The notes under the pieces: model-generated
Seen by the model: the letters and a program-made list of their open reading frames with translations, nothing else
Told to the model about the DNA's origin: nothing
Database searches by the model: none
Part shown: piece after piece, positions 8,840 to 18,979 of the stretch
How positions within the stretch are numbered: the first letter of the stretch is position 1
Layout: the number at the start of each line of letters is the position of its first letter
Position numbers and translations under genes: made by a program
NCBI GenBank assembly: GCA_965218885.1
Contig: OZ244713.1
Location: 3,128,638-3,192,637, forward strand
Direction: 5' to 3'
Source: a bacterium
Lineage (GTDB): Bacteria > UBA8248
DNA: 64,000 nucleotides

Positions 8840-9814
8840 ATGAAAGCTGTACGAGTGACGCGGTTCGGGCTCGAGCATCCGATGGTCGTAGAAGATGTGG
8901 GAGAGCCGACGCCCGGGCCGGGTGAGATGCTGGTGCGCATAGCGGCCGCGGGGGTGAATCCTCTTGAAATTGCGATTCGCTCGGGAAATCATCCGCGCGC
9001 CAAGGCGATGACTCTCCCCTATACGTGCGGCACGGACGTCGCAGGCGAGGTGGAGGCGGTGGGCGAGGGCGTCGAGGCCTTTGCTCCGGGTGATCGGGTC
9101 TGGGGCCGCGCCTCCACGGGCGCATACGCCGAAAAAGGCTTGCTTCCCGCAGGCTCGACGGGAAAACTACCGGATTCGACGTCCTTTGCGGCAGGGGCCG
9201 CGCTGCCCATCCCGCTTCTCACGGCCTGGAACGCCGTGGTCGTGAAAGGAGAAGTGGCTCCGGGCGATTGCGTGCTCGTGCAGGGCGGAGCGGGTGGTGT
9301 GGGCTATCTGGCCATTCAGCTTGCCCGCACGATAGGTTGCCGGGTGTTTACGACGGTGAGTTCAAAGGAAAAGGCGGATTTTTGTCTTGCAGCCGGTGCC
9401 GAGGCGGCCATCAACTACAGAGAAGAAGACGTGCCCGAACGTGTGATGGAGCTGACTTCCGGGAGAGGCGCCGACATCGTTGTCGAAACCGTGGGTTGCG
9501 ATAATCTGCCTGCTGATTTAAGGCTCAACGCCGTCAATGGCCGGATCGTCATCGTCGGCACGGGAACGGGCAAAGGGCCGGAGGTGACGATTGCCTTGCC
9601 TGCGGCCATGGGCCGGGATGCCAGGATTCTGGCGCTCTCCTCGGGCAATCTGAATCCTCTCGTCCCGGGCATTTTAAGGCGTCTGAATCCTTTGCTTGAA
9701 AAAGGAGTCATCAAACCCCATATTGGGCGAGAACTTCCCGTGGAGAAGGCGAATGAATCTCATGACCTTCTTCTGAGCGGAAAATTTTTAGGTAAAGTGA
9801 ACCTGGTTCCCTAG
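8840..9814 (+). CDS. NADPH:quinone oxidoreductase (MDR family), tandem paralog
   Basis: Same architecture and motifs as the upstream gene (GGAGGVGY). Confidence 0.85.
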   Translation: MKAVRVTRFGLEHPMVVEDVGEPTPGPGEMLVRIAAAGVNPLEIAIRSGNHPRAKAMTLPYTCGTDVAGEVEAVGEGVEAFAPGDRVWGRASTGAYAEKGLLPAGSTGKLPDSTSFAAGAALPIPLLTAWNAVVVKGEVAPGDCVLVQGGAGGVGYLAIQLARTIGCRVFTTVSSKEKADFCLAAGAEAAINYREEDVPERVMELTSGRGADIVVETVGCDNLPADLRLNAVNGRIVIVGTGTGKGPEVTIALPAAMGRDARILALSSGNLNPLVPGILRRLNPLLEKGVIKPHIGRELPVEKANESHDLLLSGKFLGKVNLVP

Positions 9815-9839
9815 AACGGTATGGTCGTATTTTGATAAG

Positions 9840-10541
9840 GTGAGCGCAGAGATGCTCCTGTTGAACGATCATGAAATTGACCTGTGTTTGTTCGATGCCT
9901 ACGGCACGTTGTTCGATGTGTCCGCGGCTGCGGCGGAAAAGCAATCTGACTTGGGCGATCAGTGGCAGGCGCTCTCCTCGCTTTGGCGGACCAAACAGAT
10001 TGAATACACGTGGCTGCGAAGCCTCATGGGCAGCCATGCGGATTTTTGGCAGGTAACCGGCGATGCGCTTGATTTTGCGCTGGATACCTTGGGAATGAGA
10101 AATCCGGGCCTTCGCGAAGAACTGATGATGCTTTACAAACAATTGAGCGCATATCCTGAAGTGAAAAGCGTGCTGAAAAAGCTGAGGGGAAATCAGGTGC
10201 GGGCCGCGATTCTCTCCAATGGTTCTCCAGAAATGCTGGGTAGCGCGGTGAAAAACGCCGGAATCGAGGAATATCTCGAAGAGATTTTATCCGTAGAGAG
10301 CGTAGGGATATTCAAGGTACACCCATCGGTCTATCAACTGGCGGTCGATCGGCTTCGTGTTCCGGCCGATAGAATCTGTTTTTTCTCATCGAATGGCTGG
10401 GATGTTGCGGGCGCATCGTATTTTGGCTATCGCGTCGTCTGGGTCAATCGGTTCGGTCAGAAAAAAGAGCGCGTTCCACACGAAATAGACGCGGAAATTT
10501 CCTCACTCGAAGAACTGGAAAGGGTGTTGATTTATAAGTGA
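9840..10541 (+). CDS. Haloacid dehalogenase type II / HAD-superfamily hydrolase
   Basis: N-terminal FDAYGTLFDV HAD motif I; 233 aa. Confidence 0.8.
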   Translation: MSAEMLLLNDHEIDLCLFDAYGTLFDVSAAAAEKQSDLGDQWQALSSLWRTKQIEYTWLRSLMGSHADFWQVTGDALDFALDTLGMRNPGLREELMMLYKQLSAYPEVKSVLKKLRGNQVRAAILSNGSPEMLGSAVKNAGIEEYLEEILSVESVGIFKVHPSVYQLAVDRLRVPADRICFFSSNGWDVAGASYFGYRVVWVNRFGQKKERVPHEIDAEISSLEELERVLIYK

Positions 10542-10555
10542 AGCCCTTTTGATGC

Positions 10556-11170
10556 TTATGATACGTTCAGCGCCTTTCTGAGGGTTTGAATTCTACCCGC
10601 ATGATCGGAATGGTTGACGGGCGGAAGTTTCTCCTTGTTCGTCACCGGCAAGACGATGAAATGAGGGCCCGCCTCGGTGAGTATCCGGGGCAGAGCCTCC
10701 TGAAACGCTTCGAGAGAATCTATCCGTTCCACCTTGCCTTTTCGCGTGGCACCGCCGCCCTCGAATCCTGAGGCGCGCGCCAGTTCGGCAAAATCAGCCC
10801 CGGGGGGGAGTTCCTGCCCGCCCACCATCTCGTAACTCCTGTTTTCGAGCAGGAAGACAGTCAGGTTTTCGGGCGCATACTTGGCCAGCGTCACCAGCGA
10901 GCCCAGGCTCATCAGTATTCCCCCATCGCCTTTCCAGACGATGGTTTTTCGCTCGGGCCGGGCGATGGCGAGACCCAAGCCGAAATCGGCGGCGTGCCCC
11001 ATGCCGAAGGCGAGAAAATCGAAATCAAGATCACTCTCTGAGACCAGCGGCCATTGCAGGGTGGCCGTCATGGTCATCACCACGATTTCATTCGTTCTTC
11101 GCTCCGCCACCGTCCGGAACAATTCCATGCGCTCTATCAAGGTAGTCCGCCTTTTAAGGTTTGAAAGCAT
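10556..11170 (-). CDS. TPP-dependent decarboxylase beta subunit (sulfopyruvate/phosphonopyruvate decarboxylase ComE-like)
   Basis: TPP-binding C-terminal domain (GDGG...LEN region); co-oriented with the overlapping alpha-subunit gene. Confidence 0.65.
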   Translation of the reverse strand: MLSNLKRRTTLIERMELFRTVAERRTNEIVVMTMTATLQWPLVSESDLDFDFLAFGMGHAADFGLGLAIARPERKTIVWKGDGGILMSLGSLVTLAKYAPENLTVFLLENRSYEMVGGQELPPGADFAELARASGFEGGGATRKGKVERIDSLEAFQEALPRILTEAGPHFIVLPVTNKEKLPPVNHSDHAGRIQTLRKALNVS

Positions 11171-11690
11171 AGCCGGTGATTACGGCCGCCGGATAAGAGG
11201 TTTCCGCCGCCGTTTGGTCCATCAGTTCGAGCGTTCCCAAGTCATCGTCCGACATGAGTCGCCAGGTCGGGATTTTCCACGCCCCAAGCAGTGGCTCCGT
11301 GAATGTGTAGGCCGAGTCGATTGGCAGCTTGCCCGCCATCGCCCCGCCGTATCCCCGCCAGCCGACCATCATGCGCAATGGCACCTTGGGTCCTGCGCCG
11401 CAGCCTCTCAGGGAGTCTCCCGCCTCCATGAGGCCTGTGTTCTGGATTACGAGCAATGGTTTCTGACCACCCGTCCAGAGCCCGGCGGCGATGGCGATCG
11501 ACTCTCCCTCCCGGCAGGGTGTGATCAGGTCGATTTTCGGGTCGTTTCCCAGGGCTTCGTATAGAAGCCGACTCTCGCTGTCCGGAATCATGAGAACGTG
11601 CGTGAAGCCGAGTTCATGGAGTTTCTGGACCGTTTTGTTTGCGCTCGTGCCTTTTTCGCTCAAGGATTTGCCTCTCGGTGAGAATTTCAT
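11154..11690 (-). CDS. TPP-dependent decarboxylase alpha subunit (ComD-like, pyrimidine-binding domain)
   Basis: TPP-enzyme N-terminal domain in split two-subunit form; overlaps the beta-subunit gene. Confidence 0.65.
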   Translation of the reverse strand: MKFSPRGKSLSEKGTSANKTVQKLHELGFTHVLMIPDSESRLLYEALGNDPKIDLITPCREGESIAIAAGLWTGGQKPLLVIQNTGLMEAGDSLRGCGAGPKVPLRMMVGWRGYGGAMAGKLPIDSAYTFTEPLLGAWKIPTWRLMSDDDLGTLELMDQTAAETSYPAAVITGYAFKP

Positions 11691-11882
11691 ATTCTTTCAT
11701 ATTGAGAGACCCATCTTCGGTGTCGCGCATCGCCGAAGTCAAGAGTTACAGACAAACAATCTCTCGAATTGAAGATGCCGGGAATATGATAACCTGCCGG
11801 AAGTGATATGCTTGAACTTTTTCAGGTGGGAAGAGATTTTCCGCTTAGAATGCTCAGTGAAAGAAAGGGGTCCACGTTGAAA

Positions 11883-12905
11883 CGACGACCCGTAATTGCC
11901 ATGACCATGGGGGATCCGGCGGGAGTAGGGCCCGAGGTTTGCCTGAAAGCCGCTCTGGAGGCGAGCGTTCGGAAGAAATGCCTGCCCCTCATCGTGGGCG
12001 ACATGGCCATTATTCGCAAGCACGCCCGGAAGATGGAGATTCCGGCCCGACTGGAAGTGGTGAAGGATGAAGGAGCTCTTGCGCAATATCAAGAATCGGC
12101 CCTAACGCCAGTAATCGATCTAAAAAACGTCGCTCCCGAACACCGCGTATTCGGAAAAGTCATCCCCGAATTGGGCAAAGCGGCGGGCCGGTACATCGAA
12201 AAAGCCGTCTCGATGGTGCAGGCAGGCTGGGCGGACGCCGTTGCGACTGCGCCAATCAACAAGGAATCCTTACAAACCGGAGGGTATGATTACCCGGGAC
12301 ATACCGAAATGCTCGCCGCTCTGTGCGGAAAAGGGCGGCCCGTCATGATGCTGGCGCACCGCAAGATACGCATCGCGCACTTATCGACCCATTGTTCTCT
12401 CCGGGTGGCGCTCAGGCGCGTCAAGAGAAAGAGAATCGTCTACGTGGCTCAGGTTTTGAACGACGCCCTGCGCCTGTTGGACCGGAAAAAACCCAGAATC
12501 GGCGTCGCGGGTCTCAATCCCCATGCGGGCGAGGCCGGGCTGTTCGGCAGGGAGGAGGTGGAGGAAATCGCGCCCGCGGTCTCTGATTTGAGGGAGATGG
12601 GCATTGATGCGCACGGGCCCGAGCCGCCGGACACGATTTTCGGCAAATTGCGCGGCGGCTACTACGGCGGCGTGGTGGCCATGTATCACGATCAGGGCCA
12701 TATACCGGGCAAGTTGATGTGCTTCCGCTTCGACTCCCGGGGGCAGGCGAGCGTTCGCGGCGTCAACGTGACGCTGGGCCTTCCCATCATCAGAACCTCG
12801 GTCGAGCACGGTACGGGCTACCCCATCGCCGGACGCGGCATTGCCGACCCATCCAGCATGGTCGATGCCCTCCTCCTCGCGGCTCGGATGTCCACAAATA
12901 GCTGA
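11883..12905 (+). CDS. pdxA: 4-hydroxythreonine-4-phosphate dehydrogenase, PdxA family
   Basis: VIAMTMGDPAGVGPE signature and a GLNPHAGE metal site. The ORF opens at 11808; the exact start is uncertain. Confidence 0.85.
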   Translation, partial: RRPVIAMTMGDPAGVGPEVCLKAALEASVRKKCLPLIVGDMAIIRKHARKMEIPARLEVVKDEGALAQYQESALTPVIDLKNVAPEHRVFGKVIPELGKAAGRYIEKAVSMVQAGWADAVATAPINKESLQTGGYDYPGHTEMLAALCGKGRPVMMLAHRKIRIAHLSTHCSLRVALRRVKRKRIVYVAQVLNDALRLLDRKKPRIGVAGLNPHAGEAGLFGREEVEEIAPAVSDLREMGIDAHGPEPPDTIFGKLRGGYYGGVVAMYHDQGHIPGKLMCFRFDSRGQASVRGVNVTLGLPIIRTSVEHGTGYPIAGRGIADPSSMVDALLLAARMSTNS

Positions 12906-13188
12906 TAATAAAAGAGATATCAGTTTACTTTCCATTCATTTTTTTATCGAAAAACCCCGTGAATTTATCTAATTTTATCGATATTTATCGAAATTTTCAT
13001 CAATTCAATTTTCCCGCTGTTTAGAAACGCGCCCCCCTCCCGCGCGGGAGCGCAAGGGCGTGAACATAGCGCATGGGCCGGAGCGGGGCACATCGCAAAT
13101 TCGGGGGAATGCGGGAGGATTCACTACACCTTATTCGGAGTGGCGAAATGCAGAACCAGCATGTGGCAGTGAGTTTTTCCCCTGGTGA
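12906..13188. promoter_or_regulatory. Convergent intergenic region with an AT-rich TTTATCGA(A/T)A motif cluster and a GC palindrome
   Basis: tttttatcgaaaaa, ttttatcgatattt and tttatcgaaatttt at 12935-12990. Palindrome gcgctcccgcgcgggagcgc at about 13030-13055. Confidence 0.4.
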
Positions 13189-15519
13189 TCAAGAAATCCC
13201 ATTAACACCCTTCGCCGCTTTTTCCTCGATGCGTTCAAGGATATCCGCAGCCACTTCGAGCACTTCCGCCGGTGCGCGGACCGCCTCACCGGCATATTGA
13301 CGCAGAGCGACTATAAGTGGCGCCAGCGCGCTGGATTTTTCCTCGTCGCTCGTGAGAATTTCGACAAGTTCATTCGCCGATGCGCCTGATGTGACTAAAT
13401 CCGGCGCAACCCACAGCATCTCTTGCATCATTTTATCGTTATCGGGCCTAAATACGTCATACGCTGAGGTGAATGCGTCCATGGCGACTTGATGCTTTCC
13501 TTTTGCCAGAAACGCCATGGCTCGCGTGTACATCACTCGCCATCTAAACTTTATTTCTTCTTCTCCGGTCAAAAATGTCCCGAGTCTTCGTTCGAGTGCT
13601 TCACAAGTTTGCAAAGCTTCATCAGGACGACAAATCTTGATTTGTTTCATGCTTTTGTTGAGTAACGCTGTAGCAACCCACCACTGGATATCCGGCGCAT
13701 TGTTGTTTGCAAAACGCCTGACGACTTCTTCGTAGGTGATAATCGCCGCTTCGAAATCCCCGAGTTCTTCTAGGGCGTTTCCCTTGTGAACCAACGTCAT
13801 AACGACACATTGCTGGACTTCCGGTACGTTGCTGTCACCAAAGCGAACGACCAACTCATCGTAAGTCGCAATCGCCCCTTCGCAATCGCCAAGTTCTCTT
13901 CGCACATCCCCCTTGTAGATTAACGCGGCAGCGATCCACGACTGGATCTCAGACTCGTCACTGTCGCCAAAGCGATCAAGTATCTCGTCGCAGGCTGCAA
14001 TGGCCGTCTTGAAATCACCGAGTCCGAGATATGCGAGGACCTTCGAAAGCCACAGAAATGCCTCATCTGATTCCGATAATTCGGACGAACCCGCATTCGA
14101 CGATTCAGATGAACTTGCAGACAGAGAAGAGAGTGTCTGGTCCGCTATCTCGATGACTCTTTCGAATTCTTTTTCCTTAAGCGCAAAGTTGATTTCTTTG
14201 AGTGCTGTGTTGATTTTTTCAAGTGCTGCATGAGTTTCTTTTTTTGTTTTTATAAGGTGGTGGAGAGCACGCTCCATTCCCTCACGAAGAACCGGTGACT
14301 CCGCCGCCTCTTGCATCAGCTTATGGAACATCTCTTCCTGTTCCTTTTCGTTGTAGAACACCACCATGAAGCGGATCAGATTTTCCACAATAGCCGCCTC
14401 GTCGCGTTCCCGCCGCAGTTTGTAGTAGATGCTGTAGAGGCGTTCGGCGGCGGTGTACAGGCGCTTCCTGCCGCTCCCCTCGGCGATCACCGCGCCCCGC
14501 TCGACCAGCCGACCGAGCATGGTCGATACGGTTCGAACGTCCATACGGGCGCGCGCTGCTATCTCAGCGGTGCTCGATGGTTGCCAGAGGTCGATCGCGG
14601 CGAGATAGACGCGGCGTTCGGTCTTGGCCAAGACCTCCAGATGGCTACGAAAATACTCGGTGTGTTCGTCGATTAGCGTCACCAACTCTTCCATCAGTTG
14701 GCGCAGGGAGTGGTGTTGCGCGAACCCGGCGACGATGACGAGGAGGCGGGGGCTGCCGCCTGTCAATATCTGAAGCGGTCTGATCTCGCGCCCGCTCACT
14801 ACATCGCCACTGACTACTTCCCAAAGGCGGCGGCATTCTTCGGTGGTCAGCGGTTCCAGGCCGATGATTCGGAACAACTCGAAGAATGGTTGGTTTACGT
14901 CATCCAGACTCTCGAAACGACTGGTGGCGGAGGCGAGCAGCATTATCTGAGGTTCTGATTGCAACACCCCGCGAAGCTTCCAGCCGAAATCCGCATCCAC
15001 GCTCTCACAAAGGGCTTGTAAGTTCTCGACCATGAGTACGAGTTTACGGTCCAATCGGTCCGCCGCCGCGAGAACGGCGGCGCGGGCATGAACCTCCAGT
15101 GACTGCTCGCGCCAGCGGGTGGACAGGTCGGCGTGCGTTTCTCGTAACTCGCTTGCAAGTTCGGGATCGTGGGCGGCGCTCTCTCTGGCGAGATGGAACA
15201 GCGTTTCGAGCCAGAAGTCGGCGATGTTGAAAATCTCCTGGCTCTCTTCCATGAAACGGACCGGCAATAGGCGTCTAGCGAGTTCGTCATCGGTGCATAT
15301 TTCCGCGGCGGCTCGGGCCAGAAGCATGGTTTTTCCCCGACCGCGAGGGGCGACGACCAGGATGTGCTGGCACGAAGGTGACTCGATGTTCCCGCGCAGC
15401 ACCTCGATCACGATGCCGAATTCATGTTTTCGGACGACGAACTGCTCTATTACCTCTTCGTCGGACTGGAATGTCCCCGGATTGAACTTGCGGATCTGCC
15501 GAGTGGATAATTCGTTCAT
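13189..15519 (-). CDS. STAND-like P-loop NTPase with winged-helix and C-terminal TPR array (776 aa)
   Basis: Walker A VVAPRGRGKTMLLA and Walker B LVLMVENLQ. MarR-like wHTH (RVYLAAIDLWQPSSTAEIAARARMDVRTVSTMLGRLVERG). A TPR-like array with (GDxxxAIxxYDE) periodicity. Confidence 0.7.
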   Translation of the reverse strand: MNELSTRQIRKFNPGTFQSDEEVIEQFVVRKHEFGIVIEVLRGNIESPSCQHILVVAPRGRGKTMLLARAAAEICTDDELARRLLPVRFMEESQEIFNIADFWLETLFHLARESAAHDPELASELRETHADLSTRWREQSLEVHARAAVLAAADRLDRKLVLMVENLQALCESVDADFGWKLRGVLQSEPQIMLLASATSRFESLDDVNQPFFELFRIIGLEPLTTEECRRLWEVVSGDVVSGREIRPLQILTGGSPRLLVIVAGFAQHHSLRQLMEELVTLIDEHTEYFRSHLEVLAKTERRVYLAAIDLWQPSSTAEIAARARMDVRTVSTMLGRLVERGAVIAEGSGRKRLYTAAERLYSIYYKLRRERDEAAIVENLIRFMVVFYNEKEQEEMFHKLMQEAAESPVLREGMERALHHLIKTKKETHAALEKINTALKEINFALKEKEFERVIEIADQTLSSLSASSSESSNAGSSELSESDEAFLWLSKVLAYLGLGDFKTAIAACDEILDRFGDSDESEIQSWIAAALIYKGDVRRELGDCEGAIATYDELVVRFGDSNVPEVQQCVVMTLVHKGNALEELGDFEAAIITYEEVVRRFANNNAPDIQWWVATALLNKSMKQIKICRPDEALQTCEALERRLGTFLTGEEEIKFRWRVMYTRAMAFLAKGKHQVAMDAFTSAYDVFRPDNDKMMQEMLWVAPDLVTSGASANELVEILTSDEEKSSALAPLIVALRQYAGEAVRAPAEVLEVAADILERIEEKAAKGVNGIS

Positions 15520-16760
15520 GGCGTCCGCTCCTGTGATTTGGCCTCAGAACGGCGCTTTTCAAGGGGGGTGTGGTGGTCGCGGAAACGCGCCGACCACCAG
15601 TCCTTGAGCAAGCGTGACGGGAAGCGATGGTCATTATCACCGGCTTCGAGATAGCCGTCGTGCACCAGGACTTCGAGAGCGTCGGAAATGCGGCTGGCTG
15701 CGTCGTCAGTCACCTTGGAATACAAGCGTTCGAGACAGCGTTGCGCGGCTGGCGTGAACACCTCCTGTGTCGCCGCCTCCGCGAGAATCTCCATGGCGAT
15801 AGAGAAGCTCTCGTCCTCGAGTCCTTCTTTGAGGCGTGTCTCGTAGTGGACGAGATCGTTTTGCCCCGAGGGCCCTAATAGCGCGGTGCGATAGACATCG
15901 TCGACATCTTCCACGGTCACTCGGTCCTGCCCCTGCATCATGGCGAAATCCCGGAGGCGCGCAAAGAAGGACTGTACGTGATGCGGAATGCCGACACCGA
16001 GTGCTTCGTACACCGCGTTCGCCACGCTGTCCTCCACACGCAACCCATGGCTCTTTGCGAGAAGGTCGAAGCACTCAACGCTAGTGTCGCGACTCCACGG
16101 ACCCAGGCGAAAGGGATAGAGATGGTTGATGCGGTCGGGAATGCCGAGTCTGCGCATGAGAGGTTCCAGCCCGAGGCTACCCGATAACATGAGAACCGGG
16201 GAATCATCTCCCAGCGCCTGAAGCACGCCACGCAGCCAACTCATGAACTCGTCCACCCGTCGTGCGTCGCCGTCTTGGAGGAACATACGCTTAAGAAAGA
16301 TCGGCAACTCGTCGATGACGAGGAGAACCGGCTTGTCATACTCGGCGCAATCGCGGAGCAGTCGCTCACCGTGACGTCTCCAACTACCGGCATCCAGCCC
16401 GGCGCGGATCTTCACACCAAATTCAAGCGCGTTGATCTCCTCGATGTTGTCAGTAAACCAGCGCCCCGCCCAAGCGGTGAAACGCGAAGAGAGCGCGCGA
16501 ACCGGATGCGCGGCCTGTGCGATTTCGGCGATTACGTCCTCCGGGCAGGTCGCGCCCTCGACGTCGGTGAAGAGGAAAACCCATCCCTCGGCCTCAAGCC
16601 GTCGCCCGAGTTCTCTAAGAATGCTGGTCTTCCCCATACGCCGTTGCCCGGTCAACAACATATGGTTGTGGTCGCGCACTTGTGCTTCCAGTATCCGCAA
16701 CTCGGATTCCCGATCGAAAAAATCGTCGCCGCTCACCCAACGGCCAGTTGATGATTTCAT
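15516..16760 (-). CDS. AAA+ ATPase of the Arch_ATPase/DUF234-like family (414 aa)
   Basis: Walker A LLTGQRRMGKTS and Walker B LLVIDELP. RBS AAGGAAAG before the ATG at 16760 (MKSSTGRW). Its stop overlaps the start of the downstream NTPase gene (ATGA). Confidence 0.7.
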   Translation of the reverse strand: MKSSTGRWVSGDDFFDRESELRILEAQVRDHNHMLLTGQRRMGKTSILRELGRRLEAEGWVFLFTDVEGATCPEDVIAEIAQAAHPVRALSSRFTAWAGRWFTDNIEEINALEFGVKIRAGLDAGSWRRHGERLLRDCAEYDKPVLLVIDELPIFLKRMFLQDGDARRVDEFMSWLRGVLQALGDDSPVLMLSGSLGLEPLMRRLGIPDRINHLYPFRLGPWSRDTSVECFDLLAKSHGLRVEDSVANAVYEALGVGIPHHVQSFFARLRDFAMMQGQDRVTVEDVDDVYRTALLGPSGQNDLVHYETRLKEGLEDESFSIAMEILAEAATQEVFTPAAQRCLERLYSKVTDDAASRISDALEVLVHDGYLEAGDNDHRFPSRLLKDWWSARFRDHHTPLEKRRSEAKSQERTP

Positions 16761-16808
16761 GTTCTTTCCTTTATGTAATATTCTCCTGCCAGTCAACAAA
16801 TCTGTTGA

Positions 16809-16854
16809 ATTTAATCATGCAACAAGAATGTTGTCAACTATTTTGTTGACAACA
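16809..16854 (-). promoter_or_regulatory. Promoter (TTGACA-17-TTAAAT) embedded in a perfect 10-bp inverted repeat (TGTTGTCAAC-6-GTTGACAACA); candidate operator
   Basis: On the minus strand, the -35 TTGACA lies inside the palindrome at 16829-16854 and the -10 TTAAAT at 16809-16814. A second inverted repeat TCAACAaatcTGTTGA lies at 16793-16808. Confidence 0.5.
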
Positions 16855-16965
16855 AAATAGTTTTTATATGGATTGTCTATTTCTGTGTGAATTCTTAAGA
16901 TGCCGCATCACGATATTTTGATGACCAAACCAGCAGAGACTGATCACGCTACTTCAATACACCCC

Positions 16966-17721
16966 TCACGATCTACAGATGGTGAGCAGGTGCACCGCTT
17001 CGGCGCCCGCTTTCTTGAGTTCCCGGGCGCAGGCCGAGGCGGTCGAGCCGGTCGTGACGACGTCGTCGACGAGGATGCACGTGGCCGCCTCGAGTTCCCG
17101 GCGCTCCCGGTTTGCGCGGACTCTGAAGACGCCCCGCATGTTGCGGCGTCGTTCCCTCCCGGATAGTCCCGTCTGCGAGCGGGTTTCCTTCGCGCGCTCG
17201 AGACAATCCGCGTGGGGCACGCCCAAACAATCCGCCGTCCTGAGGGCGAGCAGCATCGCCTGGTCGAAACCTCTGGTTCTCCAGCGGACGGGGTCGATGG
17301 GCACGTGCGTCAAAAGCACCTTTCGGGCGTCTTCACCCGCCCCGAATTCATCCGCCGCGAGCTTGGCGAGATGGGGCGCGAACTCGCGCGCCAGCTTCGT
17401 GAAGCCCTGGAACTTGAAGAGGTGGACCGATTCCCGCAGCGAGCCCTCATACGCGCCGATGGCGCGGGCCAAGTCGTAATGATGCCCATTTTCCAGGCAA
17501 TCCGAACAGACGTGGGCCGGGGAATGGGCGAGGGTGGTTAGGGAGTGAAAAGGATTCCCGCACCTGGGACACCAGGGCGGCTCGAAGCGCTCGAAGGCTT
17601 CGGTGCAGGGCGCGCATATCGCATGGGGGTCGCCGATTTGCATGGAAGCCGAACACAAAAGGCACTTCGGGGGGATGAGGAAATCCGTCGCTGCGCCGAT
17701 GAGCCTGCGGAGATAACCCAT
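16966..17721 (-). CDS. comF: ComF-family protein (phosphoribosyltransferase domain)
   Basis: N-terminal Cys4 (CLLC...CAPC, CPRC) and a C-terminal PRTase motif ILVDDVVTTGSTA. Confidence 0.8.
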   Translation of the reverse strand: MGYLRRLIGAATDFLIPPKCLLCSASMQIGDPHAICAPCTEAFERFEPPWCPRCGNPFHSLTTLAHSPAHVCSDCLENGHHYDLARAIGAYEGSLRESVHLFKFQGFTKLAREFAPHLAKLAADEFGAGEDARKVLLTHVPIDPVRWRTRGFDQAMLLALRTADCLGVPHADCLERAKETRSQTGLSGRERRRNMRGVFRVRANRERRELEAATCILVDDVVTTGSTASACARELKKAGAEAVHLLTICRS

Positions 17722-17802
17722 GATCCCTGGGATGCACTCGCTTCGGGTCCTGGGTATAGTGGAATGCGGCCCCCTCGCGCGGGCCGTTTGCGGCTGGACG
17801 TT

Positions 17803-18948
17803 CTAGGATTTTCTTCTGAGTTGCACCCTTTTGCTGCCCGTGCCCTCGCTCTGCGCCTCGCCCCGGCGGCGGTGGCGGATGAGTTCGGCGACGATGGCGA
17901 CCCCGATCTCTCCCGGCGTATCGGCGCCGATGTCGAGCCCTATGGGCGCATTGACGCGATCGATGAGGTCGCTTCGGTCGTAGCCCCTGTCCTGAAGATG
18001 GCGATAGGTGAGCAGCACCTTGCTTTTGGAGCCAATCATCCCGATGTAGCGCGCGGGTGTCTTCATCGCCCATTCGAGGACGACCTCGTCGTTCGAATGT
18101 CCCCGGGTGATGATGGCGAGATAGTCCGACTCGTCGACCGGAATTTTCTCGAAAATTTCAGGAAATTCTCCGACGTAGAACGACTCCGCCATCGGGAAGC
18201 GCTCCTTGTTGGCGAACGAGGGTCTGTCCTCGACAATCGCGACCCGGAAACCTGCGAGGTAGGCCGCCTGCGACACGCAGAATGAGACGTGACCGCCGCC
18301 GAACATATAGACGAGCGGCTGGCCGGTTATGGGTTCGACAAAAATTTCGGTCGCCCCTTCGAGCGTGGGCCTTTTTCCGCCCTCGCGCCCGGCGTCCCGG
18401 TTGAACTGCAAGAGAGTAGGACTGCCGTTGCGGATGATTTGCGTGCTCTCCGCCCAGATTTCCGTTGAATAGTTGGGAATCTCGCCCACCGCGCTGCCGT
18501 CGCGCCTGAAGAGCATTTTTCTGGCTTCCGGCGTCGGTACATCGAGTTCGCCGGGCTGAACGATGGTCGCCAGCGCCGCGCTGCCGCCCTGGTTTCTGAT
18601 CTGGTTGATCTCATCGAGCAGCTCTTCCTGAAACGCCTGGAAGGGTTCTACGAGTATTTCCACGACGCCGCCGCAGATATGCCCGCTGTCTTCGGCTTCC
18701 TGCTGGGTGAGGTCGAACTTGAGCTTTTCGGGTTCGCCCGACTCGAGGACGCTCATGGCGGTTTCCCAGACCTCGGCCTCGAGGCAACCGCCGCCTACTG
18801 TGCCTTCCGTGCTGCCGTCCTCGCGCACGAGCATCTTCGCATCGCCGCTCATGGGCGCGGACCCCTTGCGGGCCACGACGGTGGCGAGCGCGCCGCTCTG
18901 GCCGTCTTCCTTGAGTCTCGCCATTTCCCTGAATACGTCCTTGCTCAT
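17803..18948 (-). CDS. xdhC: XdhC/CoxI-family molybdenum hydroxylase accessory protein
   Basis: XdhC/CoxI N-terminal and Rossmann-like halves (ATVVARKGSAPMSGDAKMLV, YMFGGGHVS). The probable start is MSKDVF at 18948. Confidence 0.8.
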   Translation of the reverse strand: MSKDVFREMARLKEDGQSGALATVVARKGSAPMSGDAKMLVREDGSTEGTVGGGCLEAEVWETAMSVLESGEPEKLKFDLTQQEAEDSGHICGGVVEILVEPFQAFQEELLDEINQIRNQGGSAALATIVQPGELDVPTPEARKMLFRRDGSAVGEIPNYSTEIWAESTQIIRNGSPTLLQFNRDAGREGGKRPTLEGATEIFVEPITGQPLVYMFGGGHVSFCVSQAAYLAGFRVAIVEDRPSFANKERFPMAESFYVGEFPEIFEKIPVDESDYLAIITRGHSNDEVVLEWAMKTPARYIGMIGSKSKVLLTYRHLQDRGYDRSDLIDRVNAPIGLDIGADTPGEIGVAIVAELIRHRRRGEAQSEGTGSKRVQLRRKS

Positions 18949-18979
18949 TTTCCGCTCCGCTTGCGTGGAATTGCAGTTG

